A stretch of DNA of 64,000 bases from Chrysomallon squamiferum (lineage: Eukaryota; Animalia; Mollusca), in assembly GCA_012295275.1 (NCBI GenBank), contig CM022673.1, forward strand, positions 18,166,001-18,230,000, given 5' to 3'. Numbering within the stretch: the first letter of the stretch is position 1; each line of letters starts with the position of its first letter. The notes under the pieces were generated by a model. It was not told the origin of the DNA. It searched no databases and saw nothing but the letters and a program-made list of their open reading frames with translations. Of the stretch, positions 23,101-35,099 are shown piece by piece. The translations under genes were made by a program, and so were the position numbers.

Positions 23101-26100
23101 TGATTTTAATAATAAAAGTAATCTAACAATATAAAACCAATAGACAAATTATTACTAGCCCCTATAAGTACAAACCAACTATCAACCCAACACCACTAAC
23201 CATTATGAAAGAGAGCAGCAGAGTGTTCCATTATTGTACTGAAGGGGTTCATATTTTCATAAATTGCAGTACATTTTTATTAACTATTAAAATTATTCAT
23301 ACATAAAACAAATAACATTAAACAAAATTAGATTTTGCTTTTCTAAACCATCAGTGATTACATAATGGCAATTAATCGTGTTTTGAATTATACAAGCTAC
23401 TTTCACTACTGTAGATGAATCATCTGCCATTTTAATATTTCTTTGCCATATGTTCAGTATATTGGTTCTAAAACTCTGCAAATAGTACTTCAGCCCTACA
23501 TTATTTTGATCTAGAACTTGTTCAGAAGACATCTGTTTACATAATATGAATAGTGATATCAATTTACTTACATTGTTTTCCAGGACATTTTCGCCTTTTC
23601 TTCTTTCTTCGAGTGATAATAAGATAAAAATAACTCTGATCTTCTTTTCACTATGATCACATGATGCAGACAGGATTTGCCTTCAAAATGAACGCTCATT
23701 GGTTTATTTATTTATCCTTTGTTGAAGTGAAGAGGTACTTAGCCACGCAATAAAACAAATGGAAACTCGCTTGTTAACTTATTGTTTTATTTATTTTATA
23801 TATCAGACGTATTAACAACATAACACAATTATAGTAATATATTTTAATGACATTTAATAAACACTTTTGTTAATTTCTGTAAATAATATTAAAGCTCATT
23901 ATGTACAGTTTGAATTGAAAATAATGAGCTATTATCAGTAAAACAAAGGAAATCACCAACATCATCTTGGTTTAGTGAACTCCCTACTGTAATGATTCAG
24001 TCAACTATATAAAAAACAAACATTTTCTTACCTTCTAAGAATGCAACAAATTACATTATGTTTTATTACAATACTGACATCTTATCTTCATATATACATA
24101 ATACAATAAACAATGTTGAACATGAAACCTCAGTTAACTTCACAATAAACAATGCTGAACATGAAACCTCAGTTAACTTCACAATAAACAATGCTAAACA
24201 TGAAACCTCAGTTAACTTCACAATAAACAATGCTGAATATGAAACCTCAGTTAACTTCACAATAAACAATGCTGAATATGAAACCTCAGTTAACTTCACA
24301 ATAAACAATGCTGAATATGAAACCTCAGCTAACTTCACAATAAACAATACTGAATATGAAACCTCACTGTTAACCTCACACAATAAACAATGCTGAATAT
24401 GAAACCTCACCATTAACCTCACACAATAAACAATGCTGAATATGAAACCTCAGTTAACCTCACACAATAAACAATGCTGAACATGAAACCTCACTGTTAA
24501 CCTCACACAATAAACAATGCTGAATATGAAACCTCACCGTTAACCTCACACAATAAACAATGCTGAATATGAAACCTCAGTTAACCTCACACAATAAACA
24601 ATGCTGAATATGAAACCTCAGCTAACTTCACAATAAACAATGCTGAACATGAAACCTCAGTTAACCTCACACAATAAACAATGCTGAACATGAAACCTCA
24701 CTGTTAACCTCACACAATAAACAATGCTGAATATGAAACCTCACCGTTAACTTCACAATAAACACTGCTGAATATGAAACCTCACCGTTAACCTCACACA
24801 ATAAACAATGCTGAATATGAAACCTCAGTTAACCTCACACAATAAACAATGCTGAACATGAAACCTCACTGTTAATCTGAAAAGTTTAATTAAATTAACA
24901 CTGGATAATCTGTCAGCAAGAAATAATTTAATATAAACGCTAAGTTCAGCTTTGTATGTATTTGATTTGTATGAACTTATAACAGAAACTGCTATACGTA
25001 CCAGCGATGTACTGTAGAGCGAGGTCGCCAATGACGTTCTCTGTGTTGGCGATGCTGAGACATGTCAGTGCAGGATGATGTTGAAGACAGAGCAGTGACT
25101 CAGTGACAATGCCAGTCTGTGCGACATCCAACACCTCCAACTGTGTGAGATCTTCTATCCCCGACAAACTGCTGATCTGACAACAAAAACCACACTTTAC
25201 TTTACCTCTCATACACAACATCCTGTGAATTGATTAAATAATGGTGTTAGAAGTAATTGTAGTAGCAAAGATAGCAGTAGCTGTAATGGTGGTAGCAGTA
25301 ACATTATATGTGACAGTTATGGTATTGGCAATGTGGTAGTAGTTGTGCAGTTGATGGAAACAATATTAGCTATAGTTAGTGATGCCGATTGTGGATGTTG
25401 TAGTGGTGGTATTAGTAGTTGTAATGAAAACAGTATTTATAACATGATAGTCATTATAGCTGGGGTGATGGTGGCACAAGCAATACTATTGATGGTGATG
25501 GTAGTAGTAGTAGCAATATTTGTTCTTCTTATTATAATAATAGATCCAATAATGATGGTTGTCAGCAGAAAATGAACAATTCCTGTGCTCATAATAACTG
25601 TAGTAATGAACTCTAACACAAAATCAAAACATAATTACCTCTGTATCACCATAAAATACTTCACTGTGTGACTCTGTATATTTTATTTTATTTTCTTATT
25701 TCTTAAAATATATATCTATGTATTTTTTCTGTTTATAATTTAAAAGGTATTCTTTTTATAACAAGACATTCAGGTTAAGTTATCAGAATTGTGGCAGTTT
25801 CATATATTTTGAGATAGTTTTTACTTTCTCTCTATCTTACCACTTCAGTTATGCCTAACCTTAACTCACTTTTGTTTGTTCCAGATAGAGTGACTTCAAA
25901 CAAGGCAACACTAAAAGAGAAAAATGTAGTAATACAGAAATAAAATACAACTATCAGATGACAGTAGTTAAACAAAATCTCACTGACTCAGCAGTAACAG
26001 ATCACAATTCTCATTAAAAATATTACACGTTAATCCAAATTTACATATCATTTCAGTTTTACTTCTGTTTTTATTGTAACAAAACTTCTTTATGTAAATA

Positions 26101-27498
26101 GGTCTCTACTGAAAATCATAAACATTGAACTTAAATAATACAGTAAGTAAATACATTTTTTAACAGTATCCAAACGGAAAAACTATTTTAAAAAATAAAT
26201 ATAAATACAAATTAAAAGCACTCAGTATTTTATTTTATATATAGCTGTATCTGTTTATCTATATATATATTTATTTTATTTTTTCTTACCTTTCAAATGT
26301 GAAATTATTTGTTGTGTAACATGAGTTCTATTTAGGTTCAGATTTTGAAGTGTTTTAGAACATGTTGACAAAAACTCTATCATGCCTGAGTCTGTTACTT
26401 TTGTGTCTTCCAAATTAAGACCTTGTAAGTTTGGCAAATCTACAATAAATATTTTATTATCTTATTGTTTTCTTTCTGGCAAATAAAACAATAGAAAATT
26501 CAATAAACAGAAAAATTTTAAATTAAAATTTAAACAAAATTATTACAAATTATTTTTCTTTCACGAATTTAATATAAATGATACATCATAAAATATTAGG
26601 AAGTATTTTATTTATTCCTGTCTTTTAAATTCCAATAATTTCTTAACAGTACCACAGTTGAAGGTTTAGCTAATTTTACTGAAAAACCAATCTGTCTACA
26701 GATATGAATAAAATAAATTAGTAAAAATCCAACAAGATAAAATTCAAAATAATAAAAATAAAAGTTACCTGAAACCACCACCAAACATTTGTTTGTTAAC
26801 TGTGTACATGATCCCAAGTTTAAAACTTTCAATTTCTTTAAACCTAGAAAAAAAAGAAAAAAAAGAAAAACATTAAAACAAAATATATAAAGTCTTAGTT
26901 ACTGCAAAGGCATTAAAAAATTCAAGCATTATTCAATGTGAAATTTCAAGTTAAATATAAAATATGAATACCAAGGAAATTTAAACAAGCAAAATCTCAC
27001 CTGTTATTGCTTTGAGTCCACCATCAGTTATCAGAGGACAGGAGTTTAAACTGAGATGTTTCAAGTGAACATGGTATCTACAATTAAAAAATGTTTTTAA
27101 CAGCAACTGTATCTGAAATTAAACAGATATACACTAAAACAAATGTGAGACAGTGTTAAATAAGATACAAACAAATTGTTTAATTTTAAAAACATAGATA
27201 AACAAAATATGAAACAGAAAAAAATAAATATCAAACTACTTTTCAAAACAAACATTTTTTTAATTTCCAGAATCATATGTGACATTCATTATATGTTAAA
27301 AAAACAAACTTTGAGGTATCTTCATTTATTTATTAATTTATTTTTTCTCAATACATTTAATTATGAAAAATAAGTACATTTTATTGTAATCAATAAAATT
27401 ATTATTTCATCTTGTTACAAAATAAACCTTACTTGACTGCATTTAAAAGTTCATTTGTTGTGTAAGGATAACAATCAAACAGCAGTTTTGTTAAATAA
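17196..27498 (-). CDS. LRR region (12 exons, ~15 LxxLxL repeats, first ones cysteine-containing type) ending in acidic tail EEDED*
   Basis: e.g. HLKHLSLNSCPLITDGGL, KLKVLNLGSCTQLTN, NLQGLNLEDTKVTDSG, SLTTLLLSNTKLTDEG, NLQVLYLDRTMVSDVG, MLSKLNLSRTNISDKG; several 72-77 nt exons equal one repeat. Confidence 0.92.
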
Positions 27499-29424
27499 CT
27501 GAAAAATAAAAACATATATTATTCATACAATTTTTTTTTTTTTTTTTTTTTAAATTATAAAAATAAACCACAAAAAAAAAAAATAAATAAATAAATAAAA
27601 AAATAAAATAAATAACAACAACAGGAAACAATGAGATCATAAAATCTTATTATCCATCTAGGATATATTTACAGGAAAGAATAAACAGAAATGAAATATT
27701 AGTCAAGAAATAAGAAATAAATAAGATTTATCAAGAACTGTACACAAATAATTACAGGAATCTGAGAAAAATATTTGTGTTAATTAGAGAATTAATTTTA
27801 GGCAGATATTTATAAACTGCTTGTTTATAATCTAATGCCTGGAAAATACAAATTAGAACACATTAACAAGACATATTCTACTGCTCAAAACTATCAAAAT
27901 ATTTTAACTTTTTCCTTTACAATTATACTGAAGAATTTAAAGGTCAACTGTTTCTATATTTCAATGATTTTTTTTGGATTTGTTTTATTATTATTATTTT
28001 TTTTTTTTCATGTTAGTGAAATAAGGATTAATATAAAAAACACTGTGCTGACATATCTCTGCTGATTGCTATGTAATACATTTACTGTATGTATATCTAC
28101 TTTAACTGTATACTTACTGTAGTTTATCTATTTTCACTGTATACCTGCTATATGTTACTTGCAGATATCTATTTTCACTGTATATCTACTAGATGTATAT
28201 TTATTTTCACTGTATATTTACTACATGTATGTCTATTTTTTCCTGTGTATTTGCTACATGTATATCTATTTTTACTGTATATTTATTACTGGCATATCTA
28301 TTTTCACTCTATATTTACTACATGTATATCTATTTTCACTCTATATTTACTACATATATATCTATTTTCACTCTATATTTACTACATATATATCTATTTT
28401 CACTCTATATTTACTACATGTATATCTATTTTCACTCTATATTTACTACATGTATATCTATTTTCACTCTATATTTACTACATATATATCTATTTTCACT
28501 CTATATTTACTACATGTATATCTGTTTTCACTCTATATTTACTACATGTATATCTATTTTCACTCTATATTTACTACATATATATCTATTTTCACTCTAT
28601 ATTTACTATATGTATATCTATTTTCACTGTCTATTTACTACATATATATCTGTTTTTCGTGTATATTTAATGCAGTGTACTTACCAAGGAATAAACAGCT
28701 GGAGAGTTTTAGGTCTGAGCACTCTGTCTTTGAGAAGCTGGGTTATTATTTTCTGAGCAAGATCCTCCGAAATACCACTCAGTGAGACATAGGGATTTCT
28801 GGGATTGTTGAGACGACAGGATACGTGATGTAGACACAGTTGTAACAACGATGGTGGGTGGTACATCAGGTGTGAGCTGGTGTCCTCTACTGTGACGTCT
28901 TCAACTGCTGGTGCTGCGGGGATCGCAAAACGACCTCGTGCAGCTTCAGCTGAACAATATAAAACAGTTACACTTAACAGTGGCTTGTCACACACTGTTA
29001 AACTCAGTATATGTATTGCAATACATATAATACATATTCATTTTGATAATTTCCTGTGTGTACTAAATAAACAGTTATAATAAAAAAAACTGAATCAGTT
29101 CTGTGTTTTTAAAAACATTTAGCAAACAAATAATAAATTGGTTGTTTATATTTACTAAGCATCTTCAGATATTTGCATGATGGTTGTTGTTTATTCATTC
29201 TTATCTGGTTTCCTCATAATATCAATCTTAAACATAAATGTTAACTGTCAAAGTACAATTAGAACTCTAAAATTTGTTAAATATTTTCAAAGAAAATCTG
29301 GTATACAATTAACAAAATAATCATTTGATTTATTACGTAATAAGAATAAATATTGGTTTAAAATGAAACAAAGAATTTTACCATTAAACAGAAAGATACA
29401 TAATAATAAAATGGAAAAAGATGA

Positions 29425-29470
<46 letters not shown>

Positions 29471-32400
29471 GAAAAGAAATATCACTATAATTTCAACAAA
29501 TCCTCCTTCATGCTCCGTCTACTTAAAGATATGTTTTTGTGTGAGTGAGAAGGTTTACAGGTTACAGCAATGTCTTTGTTTACAGTGACCACCAGAAAGA
29601 CCTGCTAGTTGTTTTAAGTTTTAAAGTTTCTCTCACCAGCCATCTCAGCAGCAGACTTGTTTTGATGTTGTCTCTCATCTCCTGGATGTCCTTCTGGTAC
29701 CAACATCTGACCTACCCCCTGAAATATCTGTCTGTTGTTGTCCTCACCCCAACCCATCCCTGAAACAAACAGTAAGTTTTAAATCATAAATTCAACTTTT
29801 AACAATAGGACATAAATAAGATTTTATAAATTGTTTGTTAGTTTTGTTATTTGCAGTCACTCAAAATCAGAAATTTAATAATAAAAAATACTTTAAATTT
29901 AATATGAAGAGATGAAAGATTTTAATTTTTATGTGCATCATGTGTTTATAGCTGAAATTGCTCTGACAGCAATAATGCTTACAATTTTAGTCATATTTTA
30001 TTATTTTATTCTAGTTAAGCTGATCAACAACACTGTAACTAAATCCTTGACATAATGAATGAATGAATAAAATAAATAAATAAATAAATAAATAAGACAG
30101 ACCTTGACCAATTCCTCTCATGGGAGGGAACTGATTTCCCATCATGGCCATCAGTCCTCTGTTCATTCCTCCAAACTGTCCATCATCATCGTGAATCACA
30201 ACATCTTCATCATCCTCACCACTGTCCATGTCCTCTGTGATAACAACATCAGCAACAACATACATTCAGTGTTAACAACTATTACATTTGAAGAATTTAC
30301 ACTAGGCTGGACTGATAACAGTGAGACATTATACATGTTAAACCTACTGCAAGATGAAACATCTGTCAACTCTCAACATTGTGAAATGACTCTAATGAAA
30401 CTTACTGTAAGTTGAAGACTGTGTTTTGGCACACAGCAAGAAACAAGTTGTGGCTAGACTAGGAAAAAAAGATCATTCCTATGACACATAATGTTTCAGT
30501 AGTGTGTTCCAATCACTGAGGCACAGAAATTTGGTGTACATTTTTTTTTTTTTTTTTTATGATATGATGTTAGACAGGTAACAAGTTGAAATTCTAATAC
30601 AAACAAACAATGAACAATATATTTAATTATTATCATTTCTGTTCTAACCTTCAACATTTTCAACAACAACAGCAGCATCATCAAGTCGATGTCCACGTCC
30701 CCACTGTTGTCCTGTTCCCCATCTCTGATTTATTCTCTGTTCAAAACTTTCTACATCCATCCTTTCTGTACCATCTTCAGTAGGCTGTGTTTCTTCCTCA
30801 ATTGGTGTTGTTTCTACCAAATTCAACAATGTTTTCTTTTAAAGTAACAATTCTATTATTATTAATCTTTAAATAATAAATAAAAAAATAAAAAATATGT
30901 AATACTAAATTTTATGTCAGATAAAATACTAAAATCTTTAATTAAACAGAAACTAAAAAGATTAATACTAACAAATGAGTCATAAATAAATTTAAGAAAT
31001 CTAAATAGATATCAGTAAAAAAATAAAATAAATAAATAATCAGAATAAGACTAAAGAGAAGACTTTGAAATAGTTGAAAGAATGTGCATGAATGGTTAAA
31101 TCAGAGTTTACAAATACCCATTGCTTGGTTTTCTTGTGGCTTCTTCAGAACCAGAGAGCCAGATGGAGACAAACCAAGATCTTTCAACGTTGAACTGAAA
31201 TCATTTTTTGTGAATTCTCGTCGAGGAAATGGCTAAAATACAAATAAAATTATTACAACAATAAAAGTAACCGAAATAAACTTACATTTAGAAATCACAA
31301 TAATAATAACCTCAATATTTCTTATTTTATAACATTGCATTCAAACAAAAATTCCATAGGATCATTAAAGTAAAATTCAAAGACAATATTTAGATGTTCG
31401 TGCATAGATTTATTCAGCATGTGTGCCTCTTTGTTCCAGTACTAAATGCCATCTCTGAGAAAATTTCATGATTTCATCCTCTCAGAACTTGACATTTTGT
31501 TTGAATCCATTACTTCAGAATTTAAATAGTACGAATTAAGTTTATTTATCAGTGTTAAAAAAGAATTAAAATATTTTATATTTACATTTTAATATACACA
31601 AGACAAAATTGTACCTGCATGAAGCACATCTGACTTGTTCCTTTGAATTTATCAAACACGAAGTCCCACACTGTGTTCAGAGTTGCATCAGGAGAAAATG
31701 ACTCGCGCAAACACCGGCCGTCAGGAAGACGAATCTGAAAGAAATATAATTCATTAAAATTTTAGTAAAACTTATTTATCAAAAATAACAGTATGAATGC
31801 AAATAGCTGAAAGGATAGCAACAACATATTAAAAATATTTTATATTCAGTATTTCTGTTCTAAAACATGCAAAACTTTTAGCTATGGTTTATTATTCTTA
31901 GTGTCTGCAGTTGAGAGAACCATGATTATACATTTTCAAAACTTGAAAAACTTGGTATGTGCAGTTCTTTTATCACATATATACAGATAGATAAAAACAG
32001 ACTAACTTTTATCTACTAAACACTATGCTGCTTTGCTTATTATTATTAGTGTCTGCATTTAGCAAATGTGATTAAGAAGTTTCAAAAGTATAAATAATAT
32101 CATGGCAAAAACTGTCATATCTATATACAAATGTAAGTTACAAAATGCCTTGATACTAATAAATATGAGTGTTTGTAGCAGTTTGTTCTTGGAGATGATG
32201 TTTATAAAAGAAATCACAAAAACCAGACTTAGTAAAATTCATGTGTTGATAAACAAACATTATTTTCATCAATTAAAGAAAGAAATAATTTTTTAGATTA
32301 ACCTGTAGCAGACACTTGTCTGGTGATGATTTCTGTGAACTAGTGTCTGTTGATGATGTTGCTGAAGTAGAAGCAACTTGAGAAGCATTCACTCTCATCA

Positions 32401-35099
32401 TCTTCTGTTTGTCTCTGTCTTCTGCTATGTCCTTCAGAATTCTTTCATGTTCCTGAAACAGACAAAAAAAAAAAAAAGTCATCTGTACAATAACTATATC
32501 TAACTCATATATCCAGTATATACTGAATAACAATTAATTCCATAACTAATAGTAAAATCAGAACTAAACTTCAAATACCTTTCACACATTAATCTTCTCA
32601 CAGTAAAATGAAAACAAAACTTCAGATACCTTTTTAACATTAATTTTTGCATGGTAAAATGAAAACAAAACAAAATTTCAAATACATGTTTAACATTAAT
32701 CTTCTCACAGTAAAATGAAAACATCAGATACCTTTTTAGCATTAATCTTTTCCTCTTTGGCTTGTTTCTGTGCAGCCTGTCGACACTTCTCCTCAAACTC
32801 CTTTTTGTATTTCTTCTGTTCATCATTCATCCTTAGTCTGCTGACCACGTCTGACTCCTCAGAGGAGCCCTGCAATGTGTCTCCTGCTGAGACAGTTTCT
32901 GAAGACAAAACTGGAAGAGCTGGTATTGGAGCTGCAAATGGGTTTTGAGATGCACCAGCAAGACTGGGTTCAGCACTTGAGTTCTGTAACAGTGATTTTT
33001 ACAAGTGTCAAACAGTCATCAGTTATCAATAGGTACAGAAATACTCAACTATTCATAATTAATTGTCATATGTCCATTTTTACGTCATGGAACCGTAGTA
33101 TTTTGATATCTAAATTGGATGTTGGCTTTACATAAAAACTATGAAAGACATTAATATGAAATTGAGGCCAATAACAGACAAAATTCCTTTCTTTAATTGT
33201 ATAAATACTTAGAAAGGTTCCAAATGTGTTTTTTAAAATATGAAGTGACAAATTTTAGTGTGTTTATTTATATAAACGAACAGCTGTAATTCCTCAAAAA
33301 CTGGAGGTGAAATTAAATTTTCCAAGCAGTAAAGTGAAAAAACAAATAAACCTGTGCTGGGTTAAGTTTGAGATGTGGAGTCGACAATGCAGAATCTTTG
33401 ACAAATCCAGGCTTTCCAGATATCAACCTGAAAACATGATAAAAAAAACAATAACAACAAAAAAATAAAAATTATATCAAACATTAACACTTTAAACTTT
33501 TGTTAGTGCATAACACTAGTAATTAGTATTTTGGTGAATAATTTGAAAAATAAATTATACAAAAATTAAAAATACACTTGTCTTTATAATTTTTGCTTCT
33601 GAGAACCAGACCAGCTTCATGTCCAACTAACTCACCATTCGACTGCAGACTCCACTGTGACTTTTCCCTGTTGTATCGCATCGTGACAGTCACTGAGTTC
33701 AAATCCCATTGACATCAATGCCACAATCAAATCATCAACCGTCTGCAAGATTTGAAATAAACATACTTTTAGGATAATTAGTTTATCAGTTTACTGCCAG
33801 TATGTAGAAATTAAACTTTGACAAAGCCTATAATTTTGTAAAATTTATGTTAAAAATGCAAAAACACAAAAAAGAAGAAAACAAGCACAGAATACTTTTA
33901 TAGTTCAAAGATGTTAAATTAATAATAAAAAAAATCCCCAAAAACCATAAAAAATATTGACAAAATTAAAATAAATAAATAATAATTTTTGACTCATATT
34001 CGAGTCATAAATATAAAATATAAAATCATAAGAATCACTTGCACTTCAATAAACTGACAAAAAGGGGTTAGATTACATTGATTAGCCAAAACAAAGTGCA
34101 GATTAATGGTAACTGTTTAATAATTTCCTTTGGTTAAAATTTTGTTAAATAATTATCTTTAAGTTTAAGATAAAGCTTTCATTCATGAAAATAAATAAAT
34201 AAAAATGTAAAAAAAGTAAGCTCAGTTAAAACCTCAGTCTTTCATTCTTACTAAATAACAACAACAATTTTAAAAAAAGAAACAGTAATTAATGTCATGA
34301 TGAAACTAATGTATCAAAACATCTAAGCCTTTGGAAAGTGTAAACAAATGCTAAAATTATTCTCAGATAGTAATTTGAGAAAAATTCATTCTCTAGATAA
34401 GGGTGACATCATGTCAGCTGCCAGGTACTATTTTTATGATGACTGCATAAATTTCCTGTGGTGAATTTCCAATTTTTCCTATTTTAAGTATTTACAATGA
34501 TTTACTTGCATCTCTTTTTTACTTAGGTTATCAAAATTATAATGTAACCCCTTCCTGAATGGAAAATCACAAAGTGAATCGACTATACACTATACCGTAT
34601 AAATAATATTACTAATAGTAATATTATTATATTAGTAATAGTAGTAATCACTAGTATTATTATTAAATATTGCTCATCTGGAATTTATCATTAGTTGTAA
34701 CTTATAAATCAAAGTAACTGTACATGAAGGGGTGAGAAATAATTAGTTTTTAAAATAGACTGTAGTAAATATGCAAATCAATAAAAACTATAAAACTATT
34801 AAAAGGGTATTAAGAGTATTCAGTACTACTATGAACAGTATTATGAGTATACTGTATACTGTATAGTCACATAATAGTGTACTCAATACTGTCTATCAAT
34901 GAAATGATGTCCCGATGCAAACATTTTCATCTCACATTACAACATTTCGGAATAAAAATACTATATATTGCATACTGTGCATAGAGAGTAATGTCTAGTG
35001 TGTTCTTATTTGTCCCAAATGACCAAATTGCATGTATACAGTCACACTAGTGTTACATAAAATAAACTGTTGCTGAAATCATCATACCTTTGATGCCAT
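17196..35099 (-). CDS. Uncharacterised UBA-UBX-SHP-BC-box-LRR protein (UBXN1-like N-terminal half, leucine-rich-repeat C-terminal half); 23 coding exons, 892 aa
   Basis: Exons: 35099-35088, 33742-33636, 33427-33352, 32983-32732, 32452-32303, 31734-31615, 31232-31118, 30813-30649, 30234-30103, 29759-29637, 28949-28685, 27498-27433, 27077-27001, 26843-26769, 26439-26290, 25910-25870, 25176-25002, 19634-19481, 19120-19059, 18804-18733, 18383-18344, 17902-17811, 17353-17196. All GT-AG with matching phases; total 2679 nt = 893 codons including TAG, no internal stop. The 12-nt first exon (MASK) is the least certain. Confidence 0.92.
20200..22772 (-). mobile_element. Decayed, probably internally deleted DNA-transposon ORF relic in the 5.4-kb intron of the LRR gene
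   Basis: Co-oriented fragments broken by stops and frameshifts: ATG at 22741 (MAEFLWND) after a ttttcag acceptor; K-rich coiled segment 22059-21663; DHVWADLL...LHDQLPGG (21623-21300); frameshifted PRHNKISEANFCDLD...NKTDKYL (~21300-21150), resembling the N/S-x-x-S-E-R-x-F C-terminal motif of DDE transposases; VAYDTDWFVGEV Tudor/SH3-like segment (~20590-20540). No TIRs found; superfamily not assigned. Confidence 0.65.
24103..24875. repeat. Intronic minisatellite, 39-43 bp unit, about 19 copies
   Basis: Unit acaataaacaatgctgaatatgaaacctcagttaacttc with 2-4 bp indel variants. Confidence 0.95.
28090..28660. repeat. Intronic minisatellite, 32 bp unit, about 18 copies
   Basis: Unit catgtatatctattttcactctatatttacta; homogeneous at 28290-28650, degenerate to the left. 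Confidence 0.95.
28685..28949 (-). CDS. Exon carrying BC-box and Cul2-box-like motif
   Basis: PPSLLQLCLHHV (S-L-x3-C-x3-hydrophobic) at 28851-28822; ISEDLAQKI at 28773-28747. Confidence 0.8.
31118..31734 (-). CDS. UBX domain exons (31734-31615, 31232-31118)
   Basis: (CLLQ)IRLPDGRCLRESFSPDATLNTVWDFV...MQ|PFPRREFTKNDFSSTLKDLGLSPSGSLVL; conserved R...FPR p97-binding signature. Confidence 0.93.
32551..32754. repeat. Four tandem copies (46-56 bp) spanning an exon end and splice donor
   Basis: Copies start at 32551, 32602, 32653, 32709 (agtaaaatgaaaac...atacctttt...cattaatctt). Confidence 0.85.
33636..33742 (-). CDS. UBA domain exon
   Basis: TVDDLIVALMSMGFELSDCHDAIQQGKVTVESAVEW(L): MGF loop and AVEWL third helix typical of UBA domains. 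Confidence 0.9.

Noticed and set aside
24058-24422. ORFs with 13-aa repeats on both strands; superficially CRISPR-like periodicity
   Set aside because: Head-to-tail 39-bp minisatellite with no unique spacers, in a eukaryotic intron, and no cas genes
28089-28785. Three overlapping 187-208 aa plus-strand ORFs
   Set aside because: Produced by a 32-bp minisatellite whose unit lacks stop codons; intronic and antisense to a real gene
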